A DNA stretch of 64,000 nucleotides from Geosiphon pyriformis uo1 (taxonomy: Eukaryota > Fungi > Glomeromycota): positions 1,413,595 through 1,477,594 of the forward strand of contig JAAOMT010000523.1 in assembly GCA_016748015.1 (NCBI GenBank), in the 5' to 3' direction. The position numbers and the translations under genes are program-made. Every line of letters begins with the position of its first letter. Within the stretch, counting starts at the first letter, position 1. The notes under the pieces were generated by a model, which worked only from the letters and a program-made list of their open reading frames with translations, did not search any database and had not been told where the DNA came from. This document shows positions 40,835 through 54,400 of this stretch, piece by piece.

Positions 40835-43253
40835 TATAATAATAATAATAATAATACTTGTATTTGATGTTTAATGAAAAAATTGTCAATATTTAATTTT
40901 TTAACATAATCTGTAATTGCAAAAAAATTTTATTTTTAAAAGAGTTTTTTTTATGAATTTATATGTAACAGATAAATATGAATCAAATGAAATATTATTG
41001 ATTTAAATTTAAAACCATTAAAAAGATTATAGATTAGAATCATAATTTTTTATTTTTAGACCAACTTATGTTTTTACGTGAATCATTGAATAAAAGTTTT
41101 TTTGTAAGATATTTTAAATAATTTATACATTTAATAAATGTATAAGGTTCGAATATTAAGATTTTACCTTTTGATCTAAAATCAAACAAGATTAAATTAT
41201 CTTTTAGGGCAATGATCCGATAATCTTTCCTGTGAGTAACAGGAAAGATTACCAGAATGTTAGAAGATAAAGTTACTAAAGATTATAAAGATTTTCCTAA
41301 ATTAAAAAAATGGGTCAATATGGTTGCACCTATTTATAATAAGTTGGCTGTTATGGAAGCGCAAATTGATTGATATCAAAAAATTCAAAACTTTATATGA
41401 TATAGTAGAAAGCAACAGATTATTTTGATCTTTTATAAACTATAGTGAAAAAAATTTCTATTTATCAAAGTCTCACTCAAAAAACAACAAAAAATCTAGG
41501 AAAAAAAATTACCTTTGTTTCCAATGTGGGATAATTGCCTAACGAATGACAATCACTTTAGATAACGGGGGACGCTTTCCTGAATTGAAATGCCGATTAT
41601 GTCATCAACTTTTCAGCAAATACAATGTATGTTGCAGATTCGAAATTATCTGATGAAACTAGACAATCAAACAAACTAAAAAGTAACAATCAAAGAACCT
41701 TCACCTGTTTCTAGCATCGAAAATACCTCCAAAAATTGGATATAAACAAGATAATTAAATACTCGCCAAGCACATCTTCGAAGAAGTTTGACTTTTGAAA
41801 AGAGTGAGGTACATTTTTTTGAAGTTCATTATAATGAAAAACTATTACATCAATTGTAATTTCTTTCATTAAACTTCCTAACAGCTTTATCAAACTGTTT
41901 CGGAAAATTCGGTGTAGAGATCCTTTGATAATTAGAGTGATACCCAACAAAATGATATCATTAATTGATTTCTCTCTATTGATTTAAGAGTGATATAGTA
42001 AAGAAAAAAGTTATTATAACTTAATACTTATTGTTTTGTCTTTTCGATGACTTCAATTTTAACTCATTTAATTAAAATTAAAAAATTTTTTAGTCTATAT
42101 TGTTTTTATTTGTAAAGCTTTCTTGAAATTCCCTACATTATAACATGTCTCAAATAATACATAAAACCATAGATGCTTATGGGAAAATTTTCAATAATTG
42201 GTTAGCCAAATGTCTTATTAATGATAAGGATTATTTTTTAAAAATTTGTTTCTACAAGATTACAATAATAAACTCCCTTTTAAACCTAAAAAAATGGGAT
42301 ACAAACAGCATTTATAGCGTTATTTTATCTTCCTTTTAACAACAACAGTGGTTTGATAATCTCCGATTTGTGAATATATCAACTGACTGTGGGATTGAGA
42401 AGGTGAAAAATAATAATATTCCCAAACAGAAATTTCATATGCTTTGGCAATTATAAATTTTTTCAATATTCTCAAATAGATCCCCAAAAACTTATTTGTA
42501 TAATATTAGTGATAGTAAACTACTAAATGTCTTTAGCAAATAAAACATAGTCTGAATAAATTTTGCTCTTGAATTCTACTTGAAATCACGTTTATAATTA
42601 TTAATTTCATTTGTCAAAATTATAGTTTTACATCAATTTGTTTTAAAAAAAAAAAATTTAAACGTGAAAAATCGTTTATGATTAAGAAAAAATTTCTCTT
42701 TAAAGATATATAACCAGTTTTTTAACAAACATCTTTTTCCAATCTTTGAAGCACTACTAGATGCTAATCCAAAAATTTACCGAGCGATAGGCGAAAGTTG
42801 GAAGTATCACCATTATGATAAAAAACTAGATGTCAAGAGTCTTCTGGGTGATACTGACTAATCATTCATGCATCAAAATTGTGATATCATATTGAGACGC
42901 TAAAACTTCACAATTCTTTTCTTAAATTAGCTTCATTAAAACTTGCTTTTTTACTATAAAACTAATTGATTGTTAAAGATTGTGAAACATGCAAGGCTTT
43001 TTTCAACCAGTTTAAAACTTGATGATAAGCTAATAAGTGTAACCCCGAGTTTTTCAGTTTAAAATTTTTTTAATGAATATTAAAAACTTTAGATAAAACT
43101 TTTATTAGAAAAATGAATTGAAAATTTTAAATCTAAGGCTTTGAAAGATAATCAACTGACCAGTTGGAGAACGATATAAATTTGTGTGCCAAAAATTTAT
43201 TTTTTTACGTCCCTTTGACCTTTTAAATCAAAAATATAGACAGAATCAATAAA

Positions 43254-45665
43254 ATGCTTTTGGTGCAAAAATTTTCTTTTTTTAGTTTACTTCTATTCCT
43301 GTATTCTCAATATGATGTCAACTCTATGCCGCTTTTTGAGGAAGATGGATTTGATTCTTATTTTCGAATGACCATAATTCATACCAATGATGTTCATTCA
43401 CGTGTAGACCAAATCAATGAAGCTGCCACAGATTGCACTCCTGAACAATTCGCTAAAAGTCAATGTTATGGCGGAACAGCTCGTCATAAAACTGTCATTG
43501 ATCGATTACGAAGAAGAGGCAAATTCTTTTCTTTGTTGATGGATGGTGGTGATGAGTTTCAAGGTGAGCGGTTCAAGTGACTCTAACTTCCCATTCAAAA
43601 TTTATAAAAGTTTCAGCTAATTCTTTATAAATTTGCAATTAATTAAAAAAGGAACCATGTTTTATACTTATTACAAGGTAAGGAAAAGTATTTTCACATG
43701 ATCAACTTTTTGTTCTAGTTTAAAGAAGATCCTTTTACAATATTCTTATCTACCTTAACAAGGGAAATGTCACATCTCAAGTGATGGTAAGTTATTACTT
43801 GTCGCTTAGATTTTAAATATTCATTTGTATCTTACTAATAATTTTTAATGTTTCCTATAGAATCTCCTCGGATATAACATAACGGTAAATATTTATATCA
43901 CTTTCTTTTATTTTTGATCGATTGCTTCTATACGATTGATCTCAATTCTATTTTATATAGGCCATCGGTAATCATGAATTTGATAACGGTCCTGATGTCT
44001 TGGCTGAACATTTTAAACGGCTAAACGCTTATATCGTATGTGCGAATATTGATGCCAGTAAAAATCCTAACCTCGGACAGTATATAAAACCGTATCATAT
44101 ATTTGAAGAATATGGTATCGCAGTCATTGGATATATTACGAAGGTATCAATCACAATTAGGTTCTCTATGAATTATCCGGACTTCAGATATTCACTAAAA
44201 TTTTCATTTCTTATGAGTTTAGACTGCCGGTGGAATTTCGAATGCTGGTCCAACATTATCTTTCAGTGATCCTATTCCAATCGTTCAAAAGTACGTTGAT
44301 GAACTTCACGCCAAGGGCATCAAACGGATATTGACCCTTTCCCACAATGGTTATGATCAAGACAAGATACTCGCAGCAAATACGCACGGTGTTGCCGTAC
44401 ATGTTGGTGGGCATAGTCATTCATTTTTGTCGAGTAGAGTCGATGATGCTAATATCGCGGCAGGTCCTTATCCAACTATTATTAAAAATGCTAAAGGTGA
44501 AGATACTTTGATAGTTCAGGTATATTTCATATTTAAATCGAATATTATAAAATTTTATCTGTATCATTAAACTATAGTTATTGAATGTTCAATTTTAGGC
44601 TTTTTGGTCTGGAAAATATATTGGCCATTTAGATATCGTCTTGGATTCTCAAGGAAAGGTAGTCGCTTACAGAGGCGAACCTATCCTTATCGATCAATCA
44701 ATTCCTCAAGATTTATACGTGAAAAAGCTTGTTAGCGCTTGGCGAAAACCTTTTGATGAACACAGCAAAACCGTAATTGGTGAAGCACAAGATAACTTTG
44801 ATCAAACTAGATGCCAAAAATTCGAATGTGAGATGGGTAACCTTGTTGCTGATTCTATGTTATGGGCGAGATCGAAAAATAGCGATGTAGTTGCTGCTTT
44901 CATCAATTCTGGTGGTATACGTGCAGGATTGTTAAAAGGAAATGTTACCATTGGAAATACTGTGACCATCTTGCCCTTTGGAAACCGTTTAGTTGAAATC
45001 AAGCTTTCAGGGCAAAATATTACGGATATGCTTGAGAATGTTGTTGGTAGAAAGGTTAACAAAATTTCGGGGAAGCCAGTGACAAGCTTCATTCAAGTTT
45101 CTGGAATTCAGTTCCAGTATGATTCGTCGAAAGAAATCTATAAAAGAATAGTAATGGTTAAAATCTGGGATCCTACCCTCAAACAATATACTTTGATTGA
45201 TCCACTCAAAATATATACAATTGTTACAGTGGATTTTACTGCAAGAACTGGTGATGGGTATGTAATTTATTTCAAAGAAAAAAATGGCCCACTTCAAAGT
45301 TGGTTTATTGTATTTTCTCTAAAATTTATTTTGTTTCTTGCAGCATACTTCCATACCATATTGGAAACTTGGTTCGATTCGAGGATGATGCTGTGACGTT
45401 GCAACAATTTCTACGGAATAAAACGATTATAAAACCTTATTTGAAGGAGCGAATTAGTGACATTTCGTCAAAAGTTCAGATCTTTCAAGTTCTATTACCG
45501 GGCACCCCATTACATTATGCTTACACGAAAGCAACCAGCCCCATTGATGTGGAACTGCCGTCACCGAAACATTATAAAAATATTCTCTTTAGCCAAAAAT
45601 ATTCTCAAGTGACTGTTCAGTTTACGAATTTGGTTTCTTTCTTTAAAAATAAAAATTATACATAA
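43254..45665 (+). CDS. Secreted 5'-nucleotidase / apyrase family (calcineurin-like metallophosphoesterase + 5'-nucleotidase C-terminal domain), 8 exons
   Basis: HTNDVHS, DGGDEFQG|TMFY, GNHEFDNG, LSHNGY, GGHSHS, ECEMGNLVADSM, NSGGIRA, ILPFGN, QVSGI; signal peptide. Confidence 0.95.
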
Positions 45666-46821
45666 TCAAGAGAGTCTATTACTACTGGGGTTGATTAGAG
45701 ACCGGTAAGATTTACAAGCGAGACTTCAAGATTTTTTAGATGAAAATATCATTACAAATAGATTTTATACAATTTATTGTATAAGATTTTTAAAGAAACT
45801 TTTGTCGATTCGTGTATTAGAGCGAATCACAACAAGCGCTAATTTATTTATGCATTAATTTTTTGTTTTAATATTTCGCGGGATTTCACTCAAAATTCTA
45901 GAGCAAAAATAGGTTATTTCTAAAGGATTTTGGGAAATATTATATTTTAACCTAATTTTCAAAATAATTCTTAATTGTGGAAAGCTACTGATCACTGATT
46001 TTTAAATAATATCATATGAACAATCTTGATTTTTCTTTGACTTTAATTATAACTGTCTTGTTGAAAATATTTTTTCATTTTCCTCTGACTTATTATCAAA
46101 TAGCCACAAAAATATAAACTAATCTTATTCAACTGTAGAAAACGCGTGACATTTAATATATATATATATTTATTTATATTTAAAATGATATTATCAAGTA
46201 TTTTTCCTCATACACGTACATAAAAAGATGTGATACAAACAGAATCCCTTCAAAGATATTTTTATCTTAAATATTTCTTAGAAATTACAAAAAAGATTAG
46301 TTATTATTATTTTTTAATGCTTTTAAAAATTTTGAAAGTGTAATATATATATATTTTTTTGTAATACATGTTATGTATTGGAAAATATTTGTTTTTTCTC
46401 AGGTTGGTTGTTACTCTCTTTTCCAAATAAGAACATAAAACTTTTAAAGCAAAGATTAGACTTTTGAATTTTTTTTACTAGCCTATTCTTCACTTCGAAA
46501 TTTATAGTTTATTATTGGCCCAAAAACTTTAATTTTTTCGAATACCTTTTCATCTTATTAGATTTTTTGGATATTCAATTTTGAATTTAACTAAAATATT
46601 TAATTAAATATTATTATCTATTTTGTTCTCACCCCAATAATTCTAGTATAAAAATTTCAAATCAAACATTTTATTCTAAAATCCAATATCGTGAAAATTC
46701 CAACTTCTTTCAGTTCATTTGTCATATCAAATATTTTTAATAAGATACACCATTTCCTTCTGATGTACACTTTTTAACATTTCTTCAAACCTTTTATTAT
46801 TTCACGTCAAGCTCTCTTTAA

Positions 46822-47780
46822 TCACTTAAGCCTATAAATAACACTCTCAACAAATTCCTTGACAAGAATTGCCAATCCAATGGAAAACACTGACCAGAAT
46901 ACACTTAAATAAATCAAATCTGTGGCTACGATTGCAGCATAGCTGAATTGTGTTAAGCCGAGAAAAGCCAATGAAATACAATATGTTAATAATGAAGCAA
47001 TTCTGAAAGCTTTTAAAAAGTTTGGCTTTGAGAAATCGGAGGTGAATGGAAGTGTAATTAGCGAAAGATAGTCTTCTTTGCCTGAATTGAATTTAGAAGT
47101 CAGATAATTACAAATTTAAAAATCAAGAGGATATAGCAAATATTAGGTGACTTTTCAAAAAAAAAAAAAAAGTAGGCCTACCAAAAAAGACACCGAAAAC
47201 ATGAAATTCCGAAAGTTGCCAAGCATAAAGTTCAAGTGCCGCTCTACTTAAACCAGCACGTGCTAACAGATCCAAAAAAAAGAAGAATGCTAGTGCAGGT
47301 TGCGTCCATGATGGGAAATCTGAATCGTTTAACTAAATTAAAAAATGATAGGAATTCACACTTTTGTCAAAATATTACTTCAGATATTTAAAAACTTCCT
47401 ACAAGCAATTCAAGAAAATGAAAAAAAATACCAACATCAGGGTACGCCAAATTTATCAAAATACAATATCCGATTAAATAATATGCATTAGCTAATGTCC
47501 AAAATATCGAATGAAATTCCGAAATAAGTGAACGATCGCCAGAATAAATTTGAACTAAATCAACTGGAGTTTTTGGAGAAATTGATGAATTTAATATCCC
47601 GTCAAAATTTGTACGTTGCTGATAATCTGGGATATTGATTGAGGTATAAGTGTAAGGGTTTGTTATAGTTGTTGTCGTTGTTTGTGGAGTTTGTGATGAT
47701 TCGAATAGTGCTTTGGAGTCAGGATTATATGGTGGGGGTGGTTCGGATGGTTGAGAGGTGGTAGTAGTAGTGTTTTCCAT
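46822..47780 (-). CDS. Small multi-pass membrane protein with N-terminal PPPY motif, 3 exons
   Basis: MENTTTTTSQPSEPPPPYNP; exons splice in frame (AYPD|LNDSDFP, GVFFG|KEDY); about 4 hydrophobic segments; stop at 46822. Confidence 0.72.
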
Positions 47781-49139
47781 TGAATCTATAAAGGTTTTGG
47801 GGACAATGAAAATTTTTGAAGGAATGTGTAAAATTGGAATATTTTCCAAAGACCAATCTATGTTCAAGTAACTGATTTAACAAAACGGTTTTTCTTTTCT
47901 GTCAAATGATCTTTTAAAAGAATTTATCAAATATTTATTATTGATTTTAATTGGTTTCTCTTAAATTAAAATGTTGCACACAAAAAAGTCGTACATCGTG
48001 GTTTCAAGTTACCATATGGGAAGTAAAAATGCATAATAAATGTGTACCAATAAATTATCATCGGGGGTAACTACAAACTGTTCTAAACCTTATGAAGCCC
48101 GCAGTGGTGAGATTGTTGATGAAAAATTTTCGGTATGGAATGATCATGTCTTTCCTTTAAATTTGATACATGGCTGGAATTCCAATTCGTTTTCTCTCTG
48201 AGTGTGATTTATTAATACCCTTAAATTCTCTGAATTTTTTTGAGGTCATTGTGACATCAATATTAGTTTGATATATGATTTGATATCATAATTTAACTGA
48301 AGATCAAAACTCAACAAAACGTTTCACTCTGAAAATGACCTCATATTTAGAAGAACCTGTTCTATAAGATCTGCGATGTGTCGAAAAATTCATTATTTTT
48401 TTATCCCTAAGATACTTTATGCTCTCGAGCAAATAGATTACATCTTTGACTAGTCTAAACTAATTAATTTTCAACTTTGAAATCACGAATCAGAGGTAAC
48501 GCCCCTTTTTTATAAATTTAGAAAATTAAATTTTATGATTAAATAGCGGCTCCACCTCGTTGAAATGTGTTTTTTTAATGAAAGGAAATTCTGGCCTGAT
48601 GAAGTCTTAAAGAAAAAAAATGCTCGCTTCGACATGCTTTCGTTTTATTCACTAACTCATATGTTTGCTTGATACATAAATGACAGATCAATGGCCAATA
48701 AAAAATTTAATTTAAGAAATTCAAGTTTCAATTGGAAATTTGCTATTTTGTACCATCCCAATATTTATGAAAATATTTCGAGGGTCGTAAGCTTTTTGTC
48801 TTTTGTACTGAGTCGAATCTAACTTTTATGTATTAAAAACTCAATTCACTTAAGATTCTATAGTTGAATCTCAATAGAGAAACTAAATTCGAGTGACGCC
48901 CATTCTGAATCGGTTAAACTTTCATTTGATGTTATTGCAAAAAAGGACCGCAAAGACATCATGTTTTTTACAATGCATTACTTTCTGTTTTTTAAAAAAA
49001 GAGTGCTTCAAGAGTTTTAATTAATTAACTTATTATGAAACTGAAAATTTTTGCAGAGTAATGGTTTCACTAACCAGTTATTTAGTAGTGACGTAAAATA
49101 CCCCACCTCCTATTTGTCTGCATATCAGGCAACCGAGTA

Positions 49140-50474
49140 ACTTGGCGTGTCATCAGACACCTTTGTTGCCCTTAGGCAAGAAAAAATCACGGCTGTGACA
49201 TCTCCATCTGCCACTCGTCTCAACGATATCCTTTCCCTTTTCCTGAAGTAGCTTCGCAAAATGCAGCCCCACCAGCAAGAAGCGTTACCCATATGCCTGT
49301 GTTTCTAACCTACAAACTCCTAACTTCAGACGATCGGGACTTAAGGCCTTATCGGAACGAGCAAGTCGCAAAGTAGTCTCAGAAATGATAATCATCCATC
49401 ACAACCGTCTCTGCCGCTTTTATTTTTGACCTCCTCCAATTGATATTCTCCCTTCATTCATGATCCTCTTCAATGAAACCTCTGATGAACAAGAACTTTC
49501 CCAAAATATTCTTGCCGCAACACTGTCTTCATCTACAGAATCTAAGGACGGCAAGCAGCTAAATACAGAAGAGAGCGCAGAACAAGCAAAAAACGCAATA
49601 CCAAGATCACCACAACGGCAGCATGCAACCAGCGACAAGGTTCAGGAAAAACTTTCAATCGTACGTTACTGGTAACACAACCACTTTTAGAAGCAGTTAT
49701 TGAAACAAAGGATGAGCTTGGCGACATTTGACTTGAATACTATAGTCGAGTGAAATAAAATGCTAAAGAAGCAAAATGGCATTACAGAAAGAAATGGGGG
49801 AAGCCTATGGAGCTTCGGCTATCTAGGGCAAAGAAAAGTCCGCGAAAATAAGAGGATACTGGGGCGGGACAGGTTAATAGGAACTTTTACTTTATACAGA
49901 GATAAAATGGACAACATTATTTTTAACTATCCAGTTTATAACTTTAAATATTTTTGTTTCTGAACATTTTCGCGGTTATGGTTCCTCCTTTTTCTGCTTG
50001 GGTAAGATCTATTGGACGACTCATGATCGCGGTAAAATCAGAAATTTCCATAATTAAGATATAAGTTTCGTGATATTCTAATAATCTGTCCCCGCCCAGT
50101 AGATCTATCCATGCGGCTTCTATTAATCCTGGCGTTCGCGATTCTATGACTTGACAAAGCAGTCTTACATACTACGAAGGATTGTGCGCCTGCAAAGTGA
50201 GATCCACAAAAAGGCAATCGTTTATTATCGCGCCGTTTGAGGTGTCAGACATGACTATGCGGAAAATGATATGCTGGAGACATTACCATTTATGTCAAGT
50301 TCGGATTGCCAAGGGCAAGGAATTAGGGTGTTTTCATCTAAAATGAGGCTCATAATCCAAAAAGTCATTGGAGGGTTGGAAATGTACAAAACGCTAGAAT
50401 TGCCGGCTTGTAATGAAAATGACTTTCAAGGAATCCTCATCCAGGCAATAGTAGTTTTACTTAGCAATGCTTAA
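49140..50474 (+). pseudogene. Degraded coding-like region, possibly a Crinkler/REase-type pseudogene
   Basis: GC-richer, short broken ORFs. Fragments FIIAPFEVS and RLIIQKVIGGLEMYKTLELP loosely recall PD-(D/E)xK-fold effectors of Mucoromycota; family assignment is weak. Confidence 0.3.
49859..50099. mobile_element. 241-bp MITE with TA target duplication (Tc1/mariner-type)
   Basis: TA|CTGGGGCGGGACAGGTTAATAG ... CTAATAATCTGTCCCCGCCCAG|TA imperfect TIRs. Confidence 0.75.
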
Positions 50475-50744
50475 TACTACTATTTATGCCTCAATCCATC
50501 TATAATTAATAGTTTCCTATCTAATTTATTCATAATTTAAGATTAGGATCCACAAGTAAAAAAGAGAATTCTCGCAAAAAAGCTATCCAAACATGATTTT
50601 TTGAAAAATTTTAAACAACACAATAATTTACGAAATTTTATTGGACGATGAAGAGAACATAAATTTTCGTCAAAATCAATTTATTAATGGATGGCTATTT
50701 TTGCTATGTTGGCCCCAGCTTGGAATCCTTGATAAGCGTTTATT

Positions 50745-52327
50745 TTATCGTTCAAAGTTTGATGGAGTTTCACATTCTCCAAATTTCACTCCAAAATATT
50801 TTTCGGATTGCAGAGTATTCTCGCCAAGTTTTTCTGGCCTGGCAAATAAATTATTACATCCCTATGTTGAATAAAATTACAAATTCAATATCATTCTTGT
50901 CTCATTTCAATTCGTAAAAATTCACTATACTCACTGGACTTTCTAATTCCCCATCATTAATCCCCGGGCATTCATACAAAGGTCCATTTACTTGGCTTAC
51001 CCAATACTCTTGTTTTGGATGCAGATAATTTCGGAAGCGTGGCAATGTTGGGAGAGTTTCTGTAAAGAAGGTAAATCGATAGACTAAAGGTCTTTCTTGA
51101 AAGGATAGTCTCTGATTTACCAATTGGGCAAAAGCTTTATTGCCAATTCGTGGAAGACTATATGTAAAAACAGTAATTTGAGTACTAGGAAATTCTAGCT
51201 TTAGGGCAAGTGCTGTGAATATTGCATACGCTAGAGACGAAATATTAGATAATTAATAAACATGTCAACAATAAACTAAAGTTTGGAGGATAAATTCGGA
51301 ATGTAATATTTACCGCCACCAATATTTAGACCGGCTAATCGAATGGGCTTATTACTGTCAGTCAACTCTTGCACTATTATTCTCATCTCATCCAAAATTC
51401 GATCAGATGCTTGTTGATAACGATTCCAAAGCCCCTGATGCACTAAAACTCCGATTTCGTTCAGGTAAGGTATTTGAACTGAATATTGAGAATTTTCAAG
51501 GAACCCTGCAAGCTTAGGAAGCGGGTCGCCAGGGAATAATATCAAATTTTCTCTTTGCTCTTTTACTGAACTTTCAACTGATCCAAAGTATGCTGTTTTT
51601 TAGAAAAAGGAAGTTTAAGAAGGCTCGTTCATGTGAATGGCATGAGTAATAGAGAAATACCTTCAATAAATAACGAAAAATTCTTTTGTTTTTCTTTGCA
51701 TTGAAGATCCCAGAGGGCCAATGTATATTTTCGAAAGAATAGCACCAAGTCTGCGGATTGAACTAGCTTTCGATATTCAGGATCCGCAGAACCGAAAGAT
51801 GAGTTGAACCTCCAGTTTCGTAGAAAGTCTTCTTCACTTATTGGGAATGATGGTGGACTAGAGGCTCCTGAATCGGAACTTGAGAGTTGGGAATTCAAAG
51901 GTTCAGAGAGTGAAATTGTGGATTGATTATCAACTTCATCTGAAAATTTTGCTTTGTCAGCCAAAGATAAAATGGTTTGGGTTTCCTCACTTGGAGTGTT
52001 TGGAAATTCATTAAATTCATTGTTAAGCAAGGAAAGATTTGTGTCTAATAAAGGAGCTTGTGAATCGATGGATTGATTGTTCGAAGTTTCAGGCAGATCA
52101 TTTAATTCAGCGGAAAGCGAATCAGGATTATTAAGGCTTGCTAATATTACTTCCTCGGGATTTTTTAGCAAGTCAAATGTGTCAATCTCCTGGCGTTTTT
52201 GGAAAAGCTCTTGTTCATGTATGCTAACATTATTTAAAGGTTTTATTGGTGTGGGATTGATAAAGGGAAAAAAGGTGAACAAAAACAGGAAGGATGCAAA
52301 TTTGTGTATGAAAGCTCTTGGGAGCAT
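50745..52327 (-). CDS. Secreted Lipase class 3-like protein lacking the catalytic triad (GLNIG), 4 exons
   Basis: Signal-like MLPRAFIHKFASFLFLFTFFPF, acidic pro-region, VLVHQGLW, IRLAGLNIGG|AYAIFTAL, VFTYSLPRIGNKAFAQLVN, YLHPKQEYW, GCNN...KYFGVKFGEC. Confidence 0.83.
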
Positions 52328-52804
52328 TTCGATGAGTTCAAGATATTTGAAATGGTTATAGGATTGCAATTAAGAAATTTATTTATTTAAGAAGGGAATA
52401 GCATTTACATGTGACCCAGAGAATTATAATTTTGAAACATTCATTATTTTGCCCTTGCAATCTAAATATTGAAATCAGCATACGTAAATATCAAATAATT
52501 CGGAATATAGGTGTGCCGGATGGATTGTAATATGACAATAATAGATCTCAAGGCTCCATCAAGCAATGCCAGAGAAAAATCCCCGAGAGTCATTTTCGTC
52601 TATATCTATTATAGTCTTACAATTTCAGCGTTTATATATCTTAGATTCTCTGATGTTTTGGATGTTTCCACACCAACTGCGAAAAATGAAATTAAATAGT
52701 AAAAGTTAATAAGAATATATGTTTAATAATTATAAAAATATTTGATTTAATACAATAATACAATAATACAATCATAACTTTTAAAAAAATTACATATAAA
52801 ACTA

Positions 52805-52862
<58 letters not shown>

Positions 52863-53374
52863 TAACATTAAATGAATTTTTTTATTTACTATTCATTTAT
52901 TTATTAACTTTTTATTATATTATTATTTTGTTCAAAATTTTTTAAACTTTAAATATATTTCTAATTAAAATATAAATTAATAATTTGACTCATTTTTAGA
53001 AAACTGTTTTTTAATATTATTTTGAAGAGTAATTTTTAAAATTGAAAGTTGTAAAAATAATAATAATACAAAGTTACAAAAAATTAAAATAGTTATAAAT
53101 AATTACAGTAATTATTACAATCGTAGTAATTTTATTAGATTCCAAAAATAATAGCAAATAATTTTACAGGAAATTGGTTAAAAATATTTTTAGGCGTGTT
53201 AAGAAGTGTATTAAAAAAAATGTTCCATGACTTGTTTATTACCTATGGATTATTTGATCGGCTTGGCAGAATTTAACTAGGGCTTATATAGGAATTCCAC
53301 AGTTGCTCTACTAAAAATTTAATTTTCTTCTGATGATAGAGAAATACAATTTGCAAAAACAAAAAAAAAAGGAA

Positions 53375-54400
53375 ATGGCAGAACCTCCCTACTTATCAAT
53401 AACTCAAGAAGTCAGAACTGATAAGCTAGATTTGGAAAGTCATGAAATGTTGCATTCCCAGAGACTTGGTATCAAATAATAATGTTCAGATCGCAAAGAG
53501 AGCCGAATTAGAAGCATTTGCTTATACATCGAACAGAAACCTGAAATTCTTGAAATTCGCTGGTGTGGAGAATGACAAAGATTACCTAGACAATGTGTCT
53601 GACCTAACAGAATTGAGCGAAGATGGTAGGTAAATTTATATTTATTGCTCCTTTCTAGCATTTCTTCTATCAAATTGTTTTGAATAATATCTATAGCTAC
53701 AGCAGATGATGCGTCACTTGAAAACAAGGTTTATCGCGAGTCTATTGAAGCCGTTGACAGTGACGATAATGATTTCACCGATAATGAATGGGAGGTTTAA
53801 AAAAACTATTATTGAAAAAAATAATGAGATAACCCTATTATCAAAATTTTAGTAGCTAATTTTGAGGATAATACGGAAACATCAGTTTCGGCCTTAGAAA
53901 AGGTAGAAAGGATTTTGTGGAAAAGCTGCCAAAACTTCTGAGCCTTGTATGAAAATTCGGAATCACATACTCAATTCCTGGATAGAAAGGAAGCCAGATT
54001 ATGTTACCAAGACAAGTATTCAAACAGGTTTGAAGGTAGTTTCAAAATGAAAATTTTCAATTACTTTTTTACCACAATTTATTCAGAATTGTGGTGATGT
54101 GAATGCTATCGGTCGAGTTCATACCTACTTAGAAGTAATTGGGGCAATTAATGTTGGGAAAGTTTTAATTCCTCCTAAAACAAGACGACCATATCAAAGA
54201 CGACAGTATGAAGAAACCGTGGATGGATTTTATGAATTTGGAAATATCCGTAATTGAAAAGGCTATTTTGATGATAACTAAGTCCAGAAGGGGTTAGTTG
54301 AATAACTCATTGAATCTTCTGCGAATTTTTTTAGATTTTTATAGAATGTAAATAAAACAAGACACAGACGAGTTCGTGATGGCTTAGGGAGATGGTATGT
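53375..54400 (+). pseudogene. MYSM1-like SWIRM-domain pseudogene
   Basis: AKTSEPCMKIRNHILNSWIERKPDYVTKTSIQTGLK|[24 protein letters not shown] and RRVRDGLGRW match the MYSM1-type SWIRM region; frameshifts and stops; no JAMM/MPN domain seen. Confidence 0.75.

Noticed and set aside
41520-41950. Coding-like stretch
   Set aside because: No consistent frame or recognisable motif.
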